A DNA stretch of 64,000 nt, taken from Haplodiscus bocki. Taxonomy: Eukaryota. Of this stretch, positions 41,263 to 53,468 are shown one piece after another (position 1 is the first letter of the stretch; every line of letters starts with the position of its first letter). The position numbers and the translations under genes were made by a program. The stretch lies in contig OZ296649.1 of the NCBI GenBank assembly GCA_965655095.1, positions 148,738,001 to 148,802,000 of the forward strand. Direction: 5' to 3'. The notes below the pieces were generated by a model that was not told the DNA's origin, did no database searches, and saw nothing but the letters and a program-made list of their open reading frames with translations.

Positions 41263-41466
41263 GTGACAAGTTATTACTGCTGCAAATGCTCTGAAAATTT
41301 GGTCACAGGGTTACGCCCAAAGCTATCCACACGGTGCAACTTTTGCAGTGGGGTACATTTCAAATGCAGCGGCCTCCAACATGGGAAGGACTACAAAAAA
41401 CAGCTAACTTTGAACCAAGAACGGGCAGTTATGCAAATAATGTCGAACCAACGAAGGAATAGGTAG
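41263..41466 (+). pseudogene. Small PHD-finger-like ORF remnant
   Basis: YCCKC...RCNFCSGVHFKCSGL gives CxxC...CxxC...HxxC spacing typical of PHD fingers. The final CxxC was not seen. Confidence 0.5.
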
Positions 41467-41469
41467 CCT

Positions 41470-42420
41470 ACGGCAAAAAACACCCTGTACACATCCTTCA
41501 ACAACCCATCAGCTTTTGTTGAATAAATTCTCCCAAAAGGGCGTCAAAATGCAGATAAAGGCTAATGGACAACTATTTGAACCACATTGAGATCTACACA
41601 AAATTCAAAAGGAACTAAAAATCGATTTCCTAGGTTGAAGGAGCAGAGTTTCCGACTAAATGGAAACTCATCTGTTGATTTGGCCGCTATGCAAAAGTTA
41701 TCTATACACAACCATTTCAATTTCATTTTGCAAACAGTAGAACCGTCAGTCGCTCGGTTTCGACCTTGTCGTTGAAAAAAGCTGCAGAGTGTAAGAATTC
41801 ATTGCAGCCAAACGTACAAGCACTTTGGTTCCGAATTGACTGCCAAAAACAATGATGAAACCACAGTTTTGTTTGACAAAACAGATTATTCAGGCTAAGC
41901 GACAAAATTTGGGTTGATAAAAGTCGAGAATTGAAGGGAGAAATCTCTAAAGTCTGCCAACAGAACAACATCGACATTCACTAAACACAATGAAAACAAA
42001 TCAGAGTTTTTGCCCGACGAACCACTAGATCGTTGTGGAAAATATTCTCAAGTTCAAACATGAAAACAACACTGGCACATAAATCCAAAACTTGCAAAAA
42101 ATCGTAAAAGTTATCAATTGTCAAGTAAACTGGATCACAATGTTAACACCAAAAAACGTGCAAAAAAAGTGATGATCCTGACTTGATATCACTTCAAAGT
42201 TGAAACCAAATTCGCCAGTTCAAATGCAACATTGGCCAGCAAGTTAGAATAAAACAAAGAACTGCAGCATTTAGTCGAGGCTAGTTTTCAGTTTACCGAG
42301 GTGTTTACCATAGCCGCAGTGCATACGTTGAATCCTCCCAGTTTGACAATTAAAGACGCCAACAACCGGATGATTCAAAGCAAATTTTACGAAACTGAGT
42401 TGACCAACCATACACAATAA
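41470..42420 (+). pseudogene. Polinton retroviral-like (rve) integrase, disrupted
   Basis: TLYTSFNNPSAF; YTKFK..KNRFPRLKEQSFRLN..SVDLAAMQKLS (first catalytic D); KIWVDKSRELKG (second D, DxGxEF-like); C-terminal VRIK...FSRG...FTEVFTI...IKDANN.MIQSKFYETEL. Confidence 0.82.
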
Positions 42421-42429
42421 CTGCTTGCC

Positions 42430-42751
42430 CATTGGTCTGTTGACCGCTCTCACACGGGCACATCGAAGAGCAATGCCACCAATCGTTATCCAAAGTAGTC
42501 GAAAAGTTTCCCACAGACCTCACTGGTTCGGGCAACAACAATTTCTTCACTGTGAGTTAGTAAAAATAGAAAATATGAGAGACGCTATGCGTCTTTAGAG
42601 AATAGCTTCGAGTCTCTCAGTTTTGCTGAGCAACAAAAATGGCCCAACCATCCCTTTTCTGAGTCAGCGACGCACAAACCTTCCTTCACATTGTCCCACG
42701 CATATTGGGAAAAGAGATCAATTATGCACTCTGGTGCAGGTGCAGCAGCAT

Positions 42752-42831
<80 letters not shown>

Positions 42832-43900
42832 TCAACAGCAGCATACGTCTGTCAAGTTGATACAAATTAAAGGAGACATTGTTGCTTTTCTCGAAAGACG
42901 CTCTACTGGAAAAAAGCATTGGCAACCACTTCGCGTTGAATTTGAGTCGTTTGACATTCTTTTGTGCGATTTTGGGTAAATTGCTCAAATGATTTTTGAA
43001 AAAAACGTGACTGCTAACAATACCAAAAGCAAGGGTTGTCATGCTCGTTTCTCACATTCAAAGGATTTTCTGAATTTTTCCTAGAAATTTAGTTGTCTCA
43101 AGGTAGGACGATCCATTGAGGCTTCGGCAAGCAGCTGTTTCAACTTCGATGCACTTCATCCATTCAATCATCCATCCAGAACCACGGTAAGCGAAAATGT
43201 TCAGCACCGACATCACTTGGTCCACGTGATCGAAAAACTCTGTGATGCTATGAGCAATTTTAGCCAAAAAAAATTGAAGAAAGCCGTAATTTCGTGGCTG
43301 TTTAGAAGTTTCACAAGCTCGACAGAAAAAACGATATCAACTTTCAGATTGTGCACTTTTTGATGATCTGCATTAACGAAATCCATTAGGTTTCATTGCT
43401 GCAAAACTAAACAAATGAATGGATCGACAGATAGCTCGTCCTTTGTTAGTTTCAAGCAATGAGTTGTGAATTTGTTATCTTTTGCCACAAAAGTAGCTTC
43501 TACTGGCGCAGGATTAGCGACTCCCTTTTGGACATTTTCCACAATCAATCCATGGTCAGTCTGCTCGTGATCATTCAGAGTGTTTTCCATTGCGAAGAAT
43601 TGAAGGCAGATAAAACTGGGAGATTTTGCGGACCGATGTTGATTTCTCAGATGTCTGAGACGGTTACAGCTCTGACTGGCCTGTGCACCACAATCTCCAC
43701 AATGGAAAGAATCAGCTTTTTTGATTATATTATGTTGGTGCTCAATTCTCAGAAGGTTGTTCAAGAAACATTGAGTTTGGAACAATTTGCCACAAGTTCC
43801 ACAAGATAACCCGATTGCCGAAGCAACGGTTCACCTCAAAGACAGGGACTTCCTCATCAAGAAAACAAAATATAATCTATCCTTCTAATGAACCTATTTA
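42430..43900 (-). pseudogene. N-terminal region of Polinton protein-primed DNA polymerase B ORF (C2H2 zinc fingers plus GSGW domain); catalytic core absent
   Basis: FHCGDCGAQASQSCNRLRHLRNQH and FICLQFF..LNDHEQTDH (C2H2 pair); FAYRGSGWMIEW...SLNGSSYLET; SFEKSNNVSFNLY. These motifs are characteristic of the N-terminus of Maverick pPolB proteins. Confidence 0.7.
42743..42844 (+). repeat. (CAA)n microsatellite with CAT/CAG interruptions
   Basis: cagcagcatcaacaacaacaacatcaacaacaacaacat... for ~100 bp, inside the pPolB remnant. Confidence 0.95.
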
Positions 43901-46799
43901 CTATATCGAAAGACTCCCTCTCAATTAGAAAAAGATTACCTTCAATTTCAAATGGTTTTCGCTTCCCTTGAGTAACAGTCAATTTGATATTTTGTTAGCT
44001 GTTCGTGGAAAGTTTTCGGTAAAAGTATTGTTCGACTATTGTACTCAATTGTGCGGAGTTTCAGTTGAGTTAAAGCAACTTTCTGACGAAAATATAGTTG
44101 GGCCGTTCAGTGCATTATGTCTTTTGAATTTGTTAACATTAGTGTCATTTTGTTGGAATTCGTGACGGGTTAAGACTAATTTATCAAAATAAGAACAAAT
44201 GGGTGCTTAGCTGTCAGCCAGCTGTCAAATCTAATTTGGGTTGGTTTCCGTGGTTTTGTTTGTCAATGAGCTGTCAAAGAAGTTTTCTAGGTCAAAATAC
44301 TGCAAAATTTTCGTAATAGTGCAAAAGCTGCAAGGAGTCAAAATAGCACTAAACCCCCTTTACAATACCAATGGTGCTCCACTTTTGAACAAAAATGTCT
44401 AATTTGAATTTGTAAATTCTCTTTAGAAGTCAGCCCTGATAAGCAAACTTTTCATCTATATAGACTGCGTGGAAAAAAGTTTGAATGCATCATTTATTCA
44501 ATAAAAAAGCTGAGCGAAAAATAACATATTTTGAAGATAAAACCATAGAGTTGATGCATGAGCAAAAGTCACATTATTGCGGCAAATTTCATAAAATAAT
44601 TTGATTTAGAAAACATATATTTTCAGAGGAGTAGAGTAAATCACCCCTTCTACATACACTATTTCCAACAAATCTGAACTTTCGTCGCTAATCTGAACGT
44701 ATTTGATCAAATTTTTTAACCATAGTCAAAGAGACACTGGAAAGTTTGATGCTGGGCTCGCGGTAAGAGCTTATCAAGAGCAACAGAAACATGTCATTAC
44801 TTTGTACTTGGAGCCTCGGTGCATCTCAGCTTTGATCTCAGGATAAGAGATGAAGCCAGAGAAGTGGTGACGAAAATTTCACAGATCATCTCCGAAACTT
44901 TCAAAATTTATCTTGTTTATTTTCATAGCTTTACATCAGATCCTTGAGCAACCGAGGTAATCAGTAAACTGTGATTGCATGTTTTGTACCACGGACAGGA
45001 TAACTTACTCCCAAAAACATTCGCCAATCGAAATTTTGGATGGCTACCACGATTTTTCGTCGTACAAAAGGGACTTTTACACACTACTCACCTTTTCTTC
45101 TAATGCAAACTGTAGAGAGTTTCAATGTAACAATCAACCATGTTAGGTGTCATTGCCTAATTACACTATAAAGTGTGCAGTATAAAAAGAAATTTAGCGA
45201 ATCTGTAAACAATGTTGGATTTCACATCGTCAAAAGAAGTTCAAGTGTGGTTGCCAGTTAAAATTCACTTCCACAAGAACTTTTTAATCACATCGTCATC
45301 AACAAGGAAACAGGACTGCCACAAAACAAATTAACTTCAATTTAAAACGGGAATGAAACTACCAACTGTGTGGGAACAAAACACTTACATTTTTAGGTGT
45401 TCCCTAAAGCAAGGAAAGTCCATCGAAATGAAGTGTTTAGAACAGCTCATTATTATCATCCACCAGTACGTCATCAGGTCCTATTATAATTCGTGCTCGC
45501 GATTGAACGGCAATTCTGGACAAGAAGAAGCGTCCGTGAATTGCCGCGTATTTACAAAAGTTCTGAAATACGTGCGCAAATAAATTGGAAATAGATGGTT
45601 TTTGTGGTTTCAACTTGCTTGTGCCTGGATTTCCGAGTTCGGAGACAATTACTTTTGATTTTGTCAAAAAAACCACCAATTATCGGAAGCTATCTCAAAA
45701 TTGAACACGAATTGTTTTTCTCAGCTGTCCAACGGGAAACGCTCGCTCAGGAAGGAAATTTTGAGAACAAAATCCGCAAATTCCACAAAAAATGGCCTAT
45801 TTTAGCGAAGCAAATTTAGTCTTTTTTGAGCGCGCTTTTTTCCGCGAATTTTGCTGTCAGAACTCCTCGAATTTTTGTGGGGCCTATAAGTCATATTAGG
45901 GCGTAAAATAACACATTCCATTCAGCTTTTTTCAAACATTGTTAATCACCAGTTTATCAAAAAATGCACCCTAAAATTCATGTCATCAAAATATACAAAT
46001 TTTCGTAGAATATTTATATACAAAAATTCAAGAATGGTGCTTTCCTGACTAAAATATAGTTTTTGAAACAAAATCTACGAGCCAGTTTTCAACCTTTTTA
46101 CATTAAATATTATTCTCTCACCATCACTGAAAAATTGCAGTTTCCCAAAAAAATTTTCCGTGTCCAAGCATTTGTATCTAATCTTCAAGGCGTAAAAGAT
46201 AGCAATTTGCCGCGTTCCTCGATTTGCAATGAATTGTGCGACGAATAACGATGACCCTGTACTAGTTCCAATTTAATGGACGAATGTGTAAACAGAAAGC
46301 GAGGCGTCGCTGCGATATCCCCCGTCGACAGGGACCCAAAAAGAACTGACTGAAAAAAACACCAACTTCGCCAAAAAACTGCCTTTTTCCCCCAAAGAAT
46401 TTTCAAAACAGGCCCCTGGCGGGCTCAAATATCGGAGCAAAATTGATGAGAGCTTTATTAAAGTACCCTGGTTATACTACTCCGAAAAATGTATTATAAA
46501 AATGGGCAGGTGCCACAATAAAGGACTTCATGAAGTGTCGTTGACATGTCCAACCTCCGCTCAATTTTCAAGTTTCTCTCTCGAAAAAAAACCTATCCGA
46601 AAATTTTGAACGTCAATTAAAACTTAGCATTTGATAGATTGGAACCTGCTGTAACGCCAATGCAAAAAACAAGTGATTTAAAAACCTAGGTGCAAGAATA
46701 AATGAAATATCTGTGACAAAAAACTGACACAGAGGCGAAGCGCAACTTCGCAAGACATTCTGATTTGTCAGTAGGCCTTCTAAATACAGAAATTACACA

Positions 46800-47870
46800 C
46801 CATAGGTCCAGAGACATTTCACAAAACATCATCGGAGAGTGATTGACACTTTAGAAGAAAAACTATACCAGCTGTCAATCGAAAAAATGTCCGCATTGAG
46901 ACAACTACCTGTACCTCATATAACATTTAATCGGTCAATGATGCCTTTTTAGATTTTGCCTTTTTGTTGCCCAACGTTGAAGATTTGAACAGAGAAAAAT
47001 GATGAAATGAACAATAGCCAACCAATAGCCAACCAATAGTAAATCATATTTAAGACATTGATATGCAAAACATGACTTTTTAGGAGGCTGCATATCAATT
47101 TTTCAGACCATATGTTTACAAAATTAGCGCTATTTACACCGAAAACAAACATTTACCAGCCAGATGTCTCAAAAAGGTCAATTTTGATCGGTTTAATTAC
47201 ACCTTTTACACTCCCTGACTAGACTCTCAGAAGGCGTCAAAAAACCGCAAGTTTTGAGCAGGATCAAAAATTTTGCCATGAGCCCATTTCAACACACATT
47301 ATTCATTCAGTCAGAATGTGTTGAAAAGTCAAGTTTTGGACAAGATAAAACACAGAGACGAAGCGGACTTCGTAATACATTGACTTGTCAGTAGAGACCA
47401 AAAATAAGAAACACTCATCGAAGGTCCTGAGAGACATTTTAAAACATAATCGAAGATGTCAATGGCACTTAGAAATACTGCACCAGCTGCCAATCGAAAG
47501 TTTGTTCGACAAAGTCAAATTGAGACAAGTACCGGTCTCAGTGCTTTATACAGCATTTAATCTCTCAATCATGCCTTTTTTCTGTTTTTGCCATTTTTGC
47601 TGCCCAACGTTCAAAATTGGAACAACAAACTGCGTGGAAATGAATAGTATCCCACCAACAGTTTCATGTTCCAGACAGTGAAGACATTGATATTTTGAAC
47701 ACGACTTTTTAGGAAGCTGTGTCCATTTTTCAGACCGCACGTCTACAAAATTAGCACTTTCTTCGGAAGACGTCATAAAATGCAAGAGTTCGGAAGGATG
47801 AAAAGACTAAGCATGAACCGGTCTCCAATACACAGTTTTCCTTTCAGTCAGAATGTGTAAATGTCAAATT
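46800..47870. repeat. Old tandem duplication, ~620 bp period
   Basis: GAGACATTT...CCAGCTG(T/C)CAATCGAAA...ATGCCTTTTT...TGCCCAACGTT...GACTTTTTAGGA...TTCAGTCAGAATGTGT occurs from ~46811 and again from ~47431. Confidence 0.8.
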
Positions 47871-49179
47871 TATCTCGATTATCACTCTCCAAACACCCCT
47901 GCAAAATAATTTAAAAGTCGACCAAAACTTCAAATCTCAAAACTTGATAGAAAGGTGCCTGCTTGTAAGGCTTATGCCAAATTAGGGTGATTTGAAGAAC
48001 TAGGTACAGGAATATATGGCTTAAATTTGAAAACAACTTGATAATTGCCAAAATTGATTCCATTGTCAAGTTTTATCCGAGAACCTATCAAAAAAATTTT
48101 GAGCTTCAAACAAGATTTATCATGTTGCAAATGAGATTCTTGCCGTAATATTTCTGTCGTAAAATCAGGAAAACCAGTCCAATAGGTGACTAGATATAGA
48201 GATTTGAACAAAAACATCTTGATTTGAAAATGTAACGGTAGAAAACAAAATTGGCCTATGAAATTGTCATGTTGCTCTTAAAATTGATTTAGCTTGCTTC
48301 ATAACATAGGCGCATATATATTAAGGGTAAGTATCTTATTCCACTGCAGTTACAACCAAGATCAGTCGATGTGAGGCGCAAGTGCCCGATTCCGATATGT
48401 CCGTTGTGAAAAAAGGTCAACGATGTACCTATAATATCTCTTGCCATCGTCTTCCGTGTTAAAAACAGAACAACCAATGCCATTTGGAGTTATTGTTACT
48501 TTCGACCCATCAGGTCTCAACTGCAAGGGACAAACCCGAAAAATTTGAAGCGAGTATTTTTCTAAAAGTAGTCGACTGAGACTTTGATGGAAGAAATTCC
48601 AACAATATTTTGACAAAAATGATCGAATATCGAGAAAAATGAAGTAATTGCATTTTCGCGCTTTTTTGCCTTCTCAGGGCTTCACAACCAGGAACCAAAC
48701 CAAGAGTATTAAAGAGCTGTGGATTCAGACAAGGGTGGACCAAATACAGCAGTAGTTCTGGAGGAAAAAGTTTGAACAACAAAACTCAATACTGATTAAA
48801 CTCTCCGGCATTTTCGGACTATAAGGATAAAGCAACAAGATCTTCCGGCAAAAACATTTGTAAAATTATGTTTTTGATATTTTCACGAGCCGCAAAAAAC
48901 GGGTTACGGTCGTTAGTAGTTTTTTAAATTTTTCCGAGTAAACATATAGTCCAATGATAATTATAACTATAAGTATGCAGGGGCATTAATTTTTTAAGCT
49001 TTTCTACAATTTTTGAAAGAATGGAAACTCAAGTCAGACTTTTCAATGAAGCTCCAAAATATCAAATTTACAGGTTTTTGCAAAAACATTCGTACAAACT
49101 GAAAACTTCCTGGTGCGAAAACTGATTTTTTTATAGTAGAAGTTGATAAAAACGCGAAATGCTTTTTTGAAAATCAGAT

Positions 49180-49253
49180 CAAATTGAGGATCGAATCTTG
49201 GACCTGCGCAGTTCCAACTTAGCTTTTCCGACTAACCACTGGGTCAAAGAAGC
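49180..49253 (-). mobile_element. tRNA-derived (SINE-like) head, decayed
   Basis: Minus strand reads GCTTCTTTGACCCAGTGGTTAG...GGTCCAAGATTCGATCCTC: A-box-like and B-box-like motifs at tRNA spacing. No intact cloverleaf. Confidence 0.45.
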
Positions 49254-49859
49254 GAGATTTTACGCTGAGGAAGTAAACAAAAACCACTTGAAAAGTAACA
49301 GCGAAGTGGCAATTCCGCGGAGAAAAAAATCCAGCGATTAATTTTAACAATTTCCTTTCGTAACTTTATGATGACGGAAAATAACAAAGACTGATTCTGA
49401 ATCGAACGATGTGTTTGTACAGATATCTCCAGAATCGCACACGGGGATAATTTAATTTACACAGTGGCGAAGCCGTGCTTCGCAACACTTGCGAAATCGG
49501 AGCACAAGTAATAAACGCAATAACATTTCACTCGCTTGATATTTTAAACAAAAACACCCATTCTCGCAACTGCGGCAGGAAAGCTCCTAGTTTCGAGCCT
49601 CAAATAATCACTTCTTTTCAATCAAAAACCAGAAAATTTTCCGAGTTGTGAACAGACCGGAAAAAGAAGTCCACAGAAGCCTGTGACATGATACTTGCTT
49701 GCGCAAGTGTAATTAAATTTTTTTTCCGTCAAAAAAATTCTTTAGAAAGGAAAAATATTCAATTCAGTAGTCGGCGTTTTTTTCTTTGTCCTGAAATTGC
49801 CCATGACGCGCAGAGTTTACAAGTCTGCAGATTCGTTGGTGTCTTGTATAATACAAATG

Positions 49860-49916
49860 TCGGGTGTTACCGCGGTTAGGAAGCCGGAAGCGAGTTCGAA
49901 TCCCACTAACGACCAT
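49860..49916 (+). mobile_element. tRNA-derived 3' half (B box), decayed
   Basis: GCGAGTTCGAATCCCACTAACGACCA: T-arm/B-box followed by CCA. 5' half poor. Confidence 0.4.
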
Positions 49917-50349
49917 ATTTTTACGGCTTTTTGGATACTCGTCAACACGTTTATTTTTTAACAAAATTAGGGTTTTTTGGACAAAAATTTAGGGTTTTTT
50001 GGTAAAAAGGCTTTATTTCTCAAAAATTACCCTTTTCCAATGTAACTGAAACAAATTGTTCTTTTTCAAAATCTTTGAAAAATTTGAGAAAAAAAGACTT
50101 TCCTGAAAAAACAAATAAATGTTTATAAATCTGTTGAGGTTTACTTTTGAAATTAAAAAATTCTACGAATTCCTCCAGTTTTTATGTTTTAATTTTTCTT
50201 TATCCCAAAGTATCCAGAGGCAAAAAAACGCATAATTTTTTCGATAGGATGTCTGCTCCATCATATCGTACTCTGATATCAACATTGAGATAATGCCAAA
50301 AAGACTGATTAGTATTGAAATTCGTTGATTTTTAAACTCACTTTTCTGC

Positions 50350-52390
50350 AAAACTACAAGTTCAAAATTGTAATCCAGGTCTAAATTAGATGCTTTCCAC
50401 TCGTGGTGAACTGTTTTATTGAAGAAGTATTGATTTGTTCCTCACATCAGAATCCTGATAGTCATAAAATTATAAAAAGTGCCAGTTATAATGATTTTTG
50501 AACATTCATTTCTCAACAACTAAAACCTCTATTTCTTCCATCTAGGTCCCTATCGAAAGCCTGACATTTGGGGAGGATGATTGGATTCGAAAACCAAAGT
50601 TTCAATCCTTCCATCATAATCCCTACAGTCAGAAACTTCAAAAAATGTTTATTATTTTGTCTCGATAATCAAACTCAACTTTCTCAGAAACTACAGGTAT
50701 GACTCCTCCAACCAAATTTTCCATCGAAAGCGCTCCGTTTGCAGAAAACGATTCAAATAACAAACTTTCTGTTTTGATCCATGCATCGGATTCGTGACTG
50801 TCCAAATAATCCAAAAAGCGCTATTTATTTTGATTTCGCAAATGTTCCAAAAAGTGCTATTTATTTTGATTCACCGCGACATTCAAAATTTTAAGTCTCA
50901 GCCACTACAATTTCGATTTCCTCCATCAAAATCTTAATCGAAAACACACCACCTGTACACGAGTATTAACTAAAAAATCATTGTTTCCTCCCTTGCAACA
51001 GAATCCTGAAAATTCCAAAATTCCCAAGAAAGCATTTTAATTTTTCTCGACGGTCAAACTCTTATTTCACCCAAACTACAGGCGTTATCTCTTCCATCAG
51101 GGTCCGCATCGAAACCTTTCTTGTAGAGTTTTCCGATGGCAGAATTGTCGATTTGTGTTCCTTGCATCAAGGTCTTGACAGTCTGAAACTTCAAAAGTGT
51201 TACTTTTATTTATTTCGCTCAATTTTCAAACTTGTATTCCTCAGCCACTACAAGCTCAAATTCCTCCATCGAGAACTCAATCTAAAACATAACACTTGTA
51301 GGAGTATTGAAGTGGAAAAACCGTTGATTTTCTTCGTGACATCGGAATCTTGATAGTCCAAAGTTTCCAAAAAAAAACATAATATTTCTCGACATTCAAA
51401 CTCATCCTCAGTTGTCACCTATAACTACAGGCTTAACTTTTTCTGTCAAGGTCTCAATTAAAAACTGTCATGTTGTAGAGACATTCTCGATGAACATATC
51501 GTCAATTTTGTGTTTCGCATTGAAACACTGACCTTCTCATGTTCCAAATAAAGCCATTTATAAAGTTTCTTCTCGATACTTAAACTCTCAATTCTCCGTA
51601 ACTCGAGGCTTGGTATATTCTCTCTTGGTCTTTGCCGAAAGCATGATACTTGTGGAGATCACCTGACAAAATAAATCATTGATTTTTTCCTCGCATTAGA
51701 AACTTGATACCGCAACTACAGACTTCAATTCTTCCACCAAGGTCGCAATCAAAGGGTTTCCAGTTTCGAGGAAATTTGGTGGTATTAACTATCCCTCGCG
51801 TTCCTTGCAGTTGATTTCTGCCTGTCCAAAAAGCTCAAGAAATATTTTTTCACGATGGAATTTTTGTCGATTTCCTAACCCAGTTTTCCCCATACCTACT
51901 AACTTGATGTCTTCATTCAAAGTATCAACCTAATGCTTCCTACTTGAGTTAGAAAACTTAATTCAAAAATTGTCAAATTTGTACCCTCATTGGAATCTAG
52001 ATGGACCAGAGTTGCCAGAAATTTCTTTCAGTCTTAACACAACCCGGTATAGAAACGCATTTTTTATCAAATCTACCTAATTCTTCTTTACCCATCAAGG
52101 TATCAATCTCGCTAGCTTTATACCTGAAGCGGACAGTTCCTTTCAATGTACCTTAAAATATGATCTCTACATCGGAATCGGAATACTGATAGGCCAGAAT
52201 TGGCAAAAGTGCTTTTAGTTTAGACACATCTCGAAATTCCAACTCATCCTTCTTGCAAACTACAGCTTTGAATTCTTGTATCAGGTTCTGAACTGACGCT
52301 TTCATACTACTACAGGACTCTTACACTGAAGAATCTCTGGTTTTATTATTTAAATTGGCTTGAATTCTTCCATCAAGATTTCCATCGACA
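50350..52390. repeat. Degenerate tandem satellite, ~175 bp monomer, about 11-12 copies
   Basis: ACTACA(G/A)...TTCCATCAAGG...ATCGAAA...TTCCT..CATC.GAATC.TGA...CTCGA.A.TCAAACTC recurs, for example at ~50903, 51076, 51247, 51424 and 51601. Confidence 0.8.
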
Positions 52391-52588
52391 ATTTTTTTCT
52401 CTCAAAAATGGGTTTCTTTTTAAAGTCAATTGTTGAATGTTCCATCTAGCATTTCTGTGCCGCCTGGATAGAAAAAAATGCAGGGCAACTGCGCCTCTTG
52501 TATTTATTTAGTCTCCTTGGCCAAGTCTGCAGGACAAAAGGGTTCAAAACTCATACGTTTCTTGTTCGAATCACGGCATAAGCAATGT

Positions 52589-53468
52589 TTTTAGGCGAGC
52601 GGAGCGAAGCCTTTTCGAACAAGGACACGTCGAAATGATTTCGTTTTTCCCGTCTGCAACATCCCTCTGCGTTTCATCTCATTAAGTTTGATTTTCTCGC
52701 CACTTATTGGTCCGATTTATCCTATTTTTGTACAAACAAAACGATGGGTTGACGGTCTATCACATTCCAAATATTCGGCCGCCGAAAAAATTTTCGGCGA
52801 GTTATGAGCAAAAAAAATCACTTTTCGAAATTTTTTGAGGGCAGAGGCTATATTTTTGAGTCCTGTCTCTACAATAAGCTTGAAACGGCTCATGTTTTCG
52901 AACTAATCAATGGAACACCATTCAGTTGAAAGGCTAGCTGTAATATTTTTTGCCAAAACCTTATTCTCGGCAATTTTTCGTCGAAGAAGAGCGGAAATGT
53001 CGGAATTTCTACAAACAGATTTGACATTCATCATTGCCCACTGCTTTTCTTAACTTTGACGCTCATTTTCTACAAATGCATTTGCGAGATCTGTTTGCTC
53101 ATTGCTTAGCTGTAATGGCAAGGTCGTAAGTGATCGTGGCGCAAATTTTTGGGCAACAAAACTTTTTCGCCGGCGAGTTTTTGGCGAAAACAAATGAAAA
53201 CCCAGGTTTTTTTCAGGGGGTAAGTGTTACTTTGTCGCACTTCCCTGGCCAAAAACCCCAAGTACGGCATCCCAATTTTGATTAGGCGATGGAATATGAA
53301 GCGTAAGTTGCATTTAGTTTTTGACCGAAATTTTTCCACAAGATTTTGGCCGAAAACTTTCTGGAAAAAAAAGAGTTTTCCAACAAAGTTCTGTATTATC
53401 TAGAATTTCTGCATTATCTAAAGTTTGGCGCGTTCAGCGTGCCTCATCACTTGAAGTGAGGAAGAGAT
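52589..53468 (+). mobile_element. Probable non-autonomous interspersed element (Helentron/HINE-like hallmarks)
   Basis: Starts TTTTAGGCGAGCGGAGCGAAGCC, has CCGTCTG nearby, and ends with the hairpin TCAC-TTGAA-GTGA. Flanked by the direct repeat TAAGCAATGT (52579-52588 and 53469-53478). Confidence 0.4.

Larger units (their letters stand above)
35967..44372. mobile_element. Decayed, internally deleted Polinton/Maverick (Adintovirus-like) element
   Basis: Left end AGTAGTAGTGTAAA and right end TTTACAATACCAAT (decayed ...ACTACTACT). ~150 bp imperfect TIRs at 35967-36119 and 44209-44372. 6 bp direct repeat GGTGCT at 35961-35966 and 44373-44378. Internal ATPase, integrase and pPolB-N remnants. Confidence 0.9.

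Noticed and set aside
42623-43042. PolyQ/H protein (+) or polyL protein (-)
   Set aside because: Both are translations of the (CAA)n microsatellite inside a decayed Polinton ORF.
45470-46420. Possible TIR element (CAGGTCCTATTAT ... AAAACAGGCCCCTG)
   Set aside because: The inverted match is too short and imperfect, and no TSD was found.
49966-50000. TTAGGG telomeric repeat
   Set aside because: Only two isolated hexamers within a ~22 bp local duplication.
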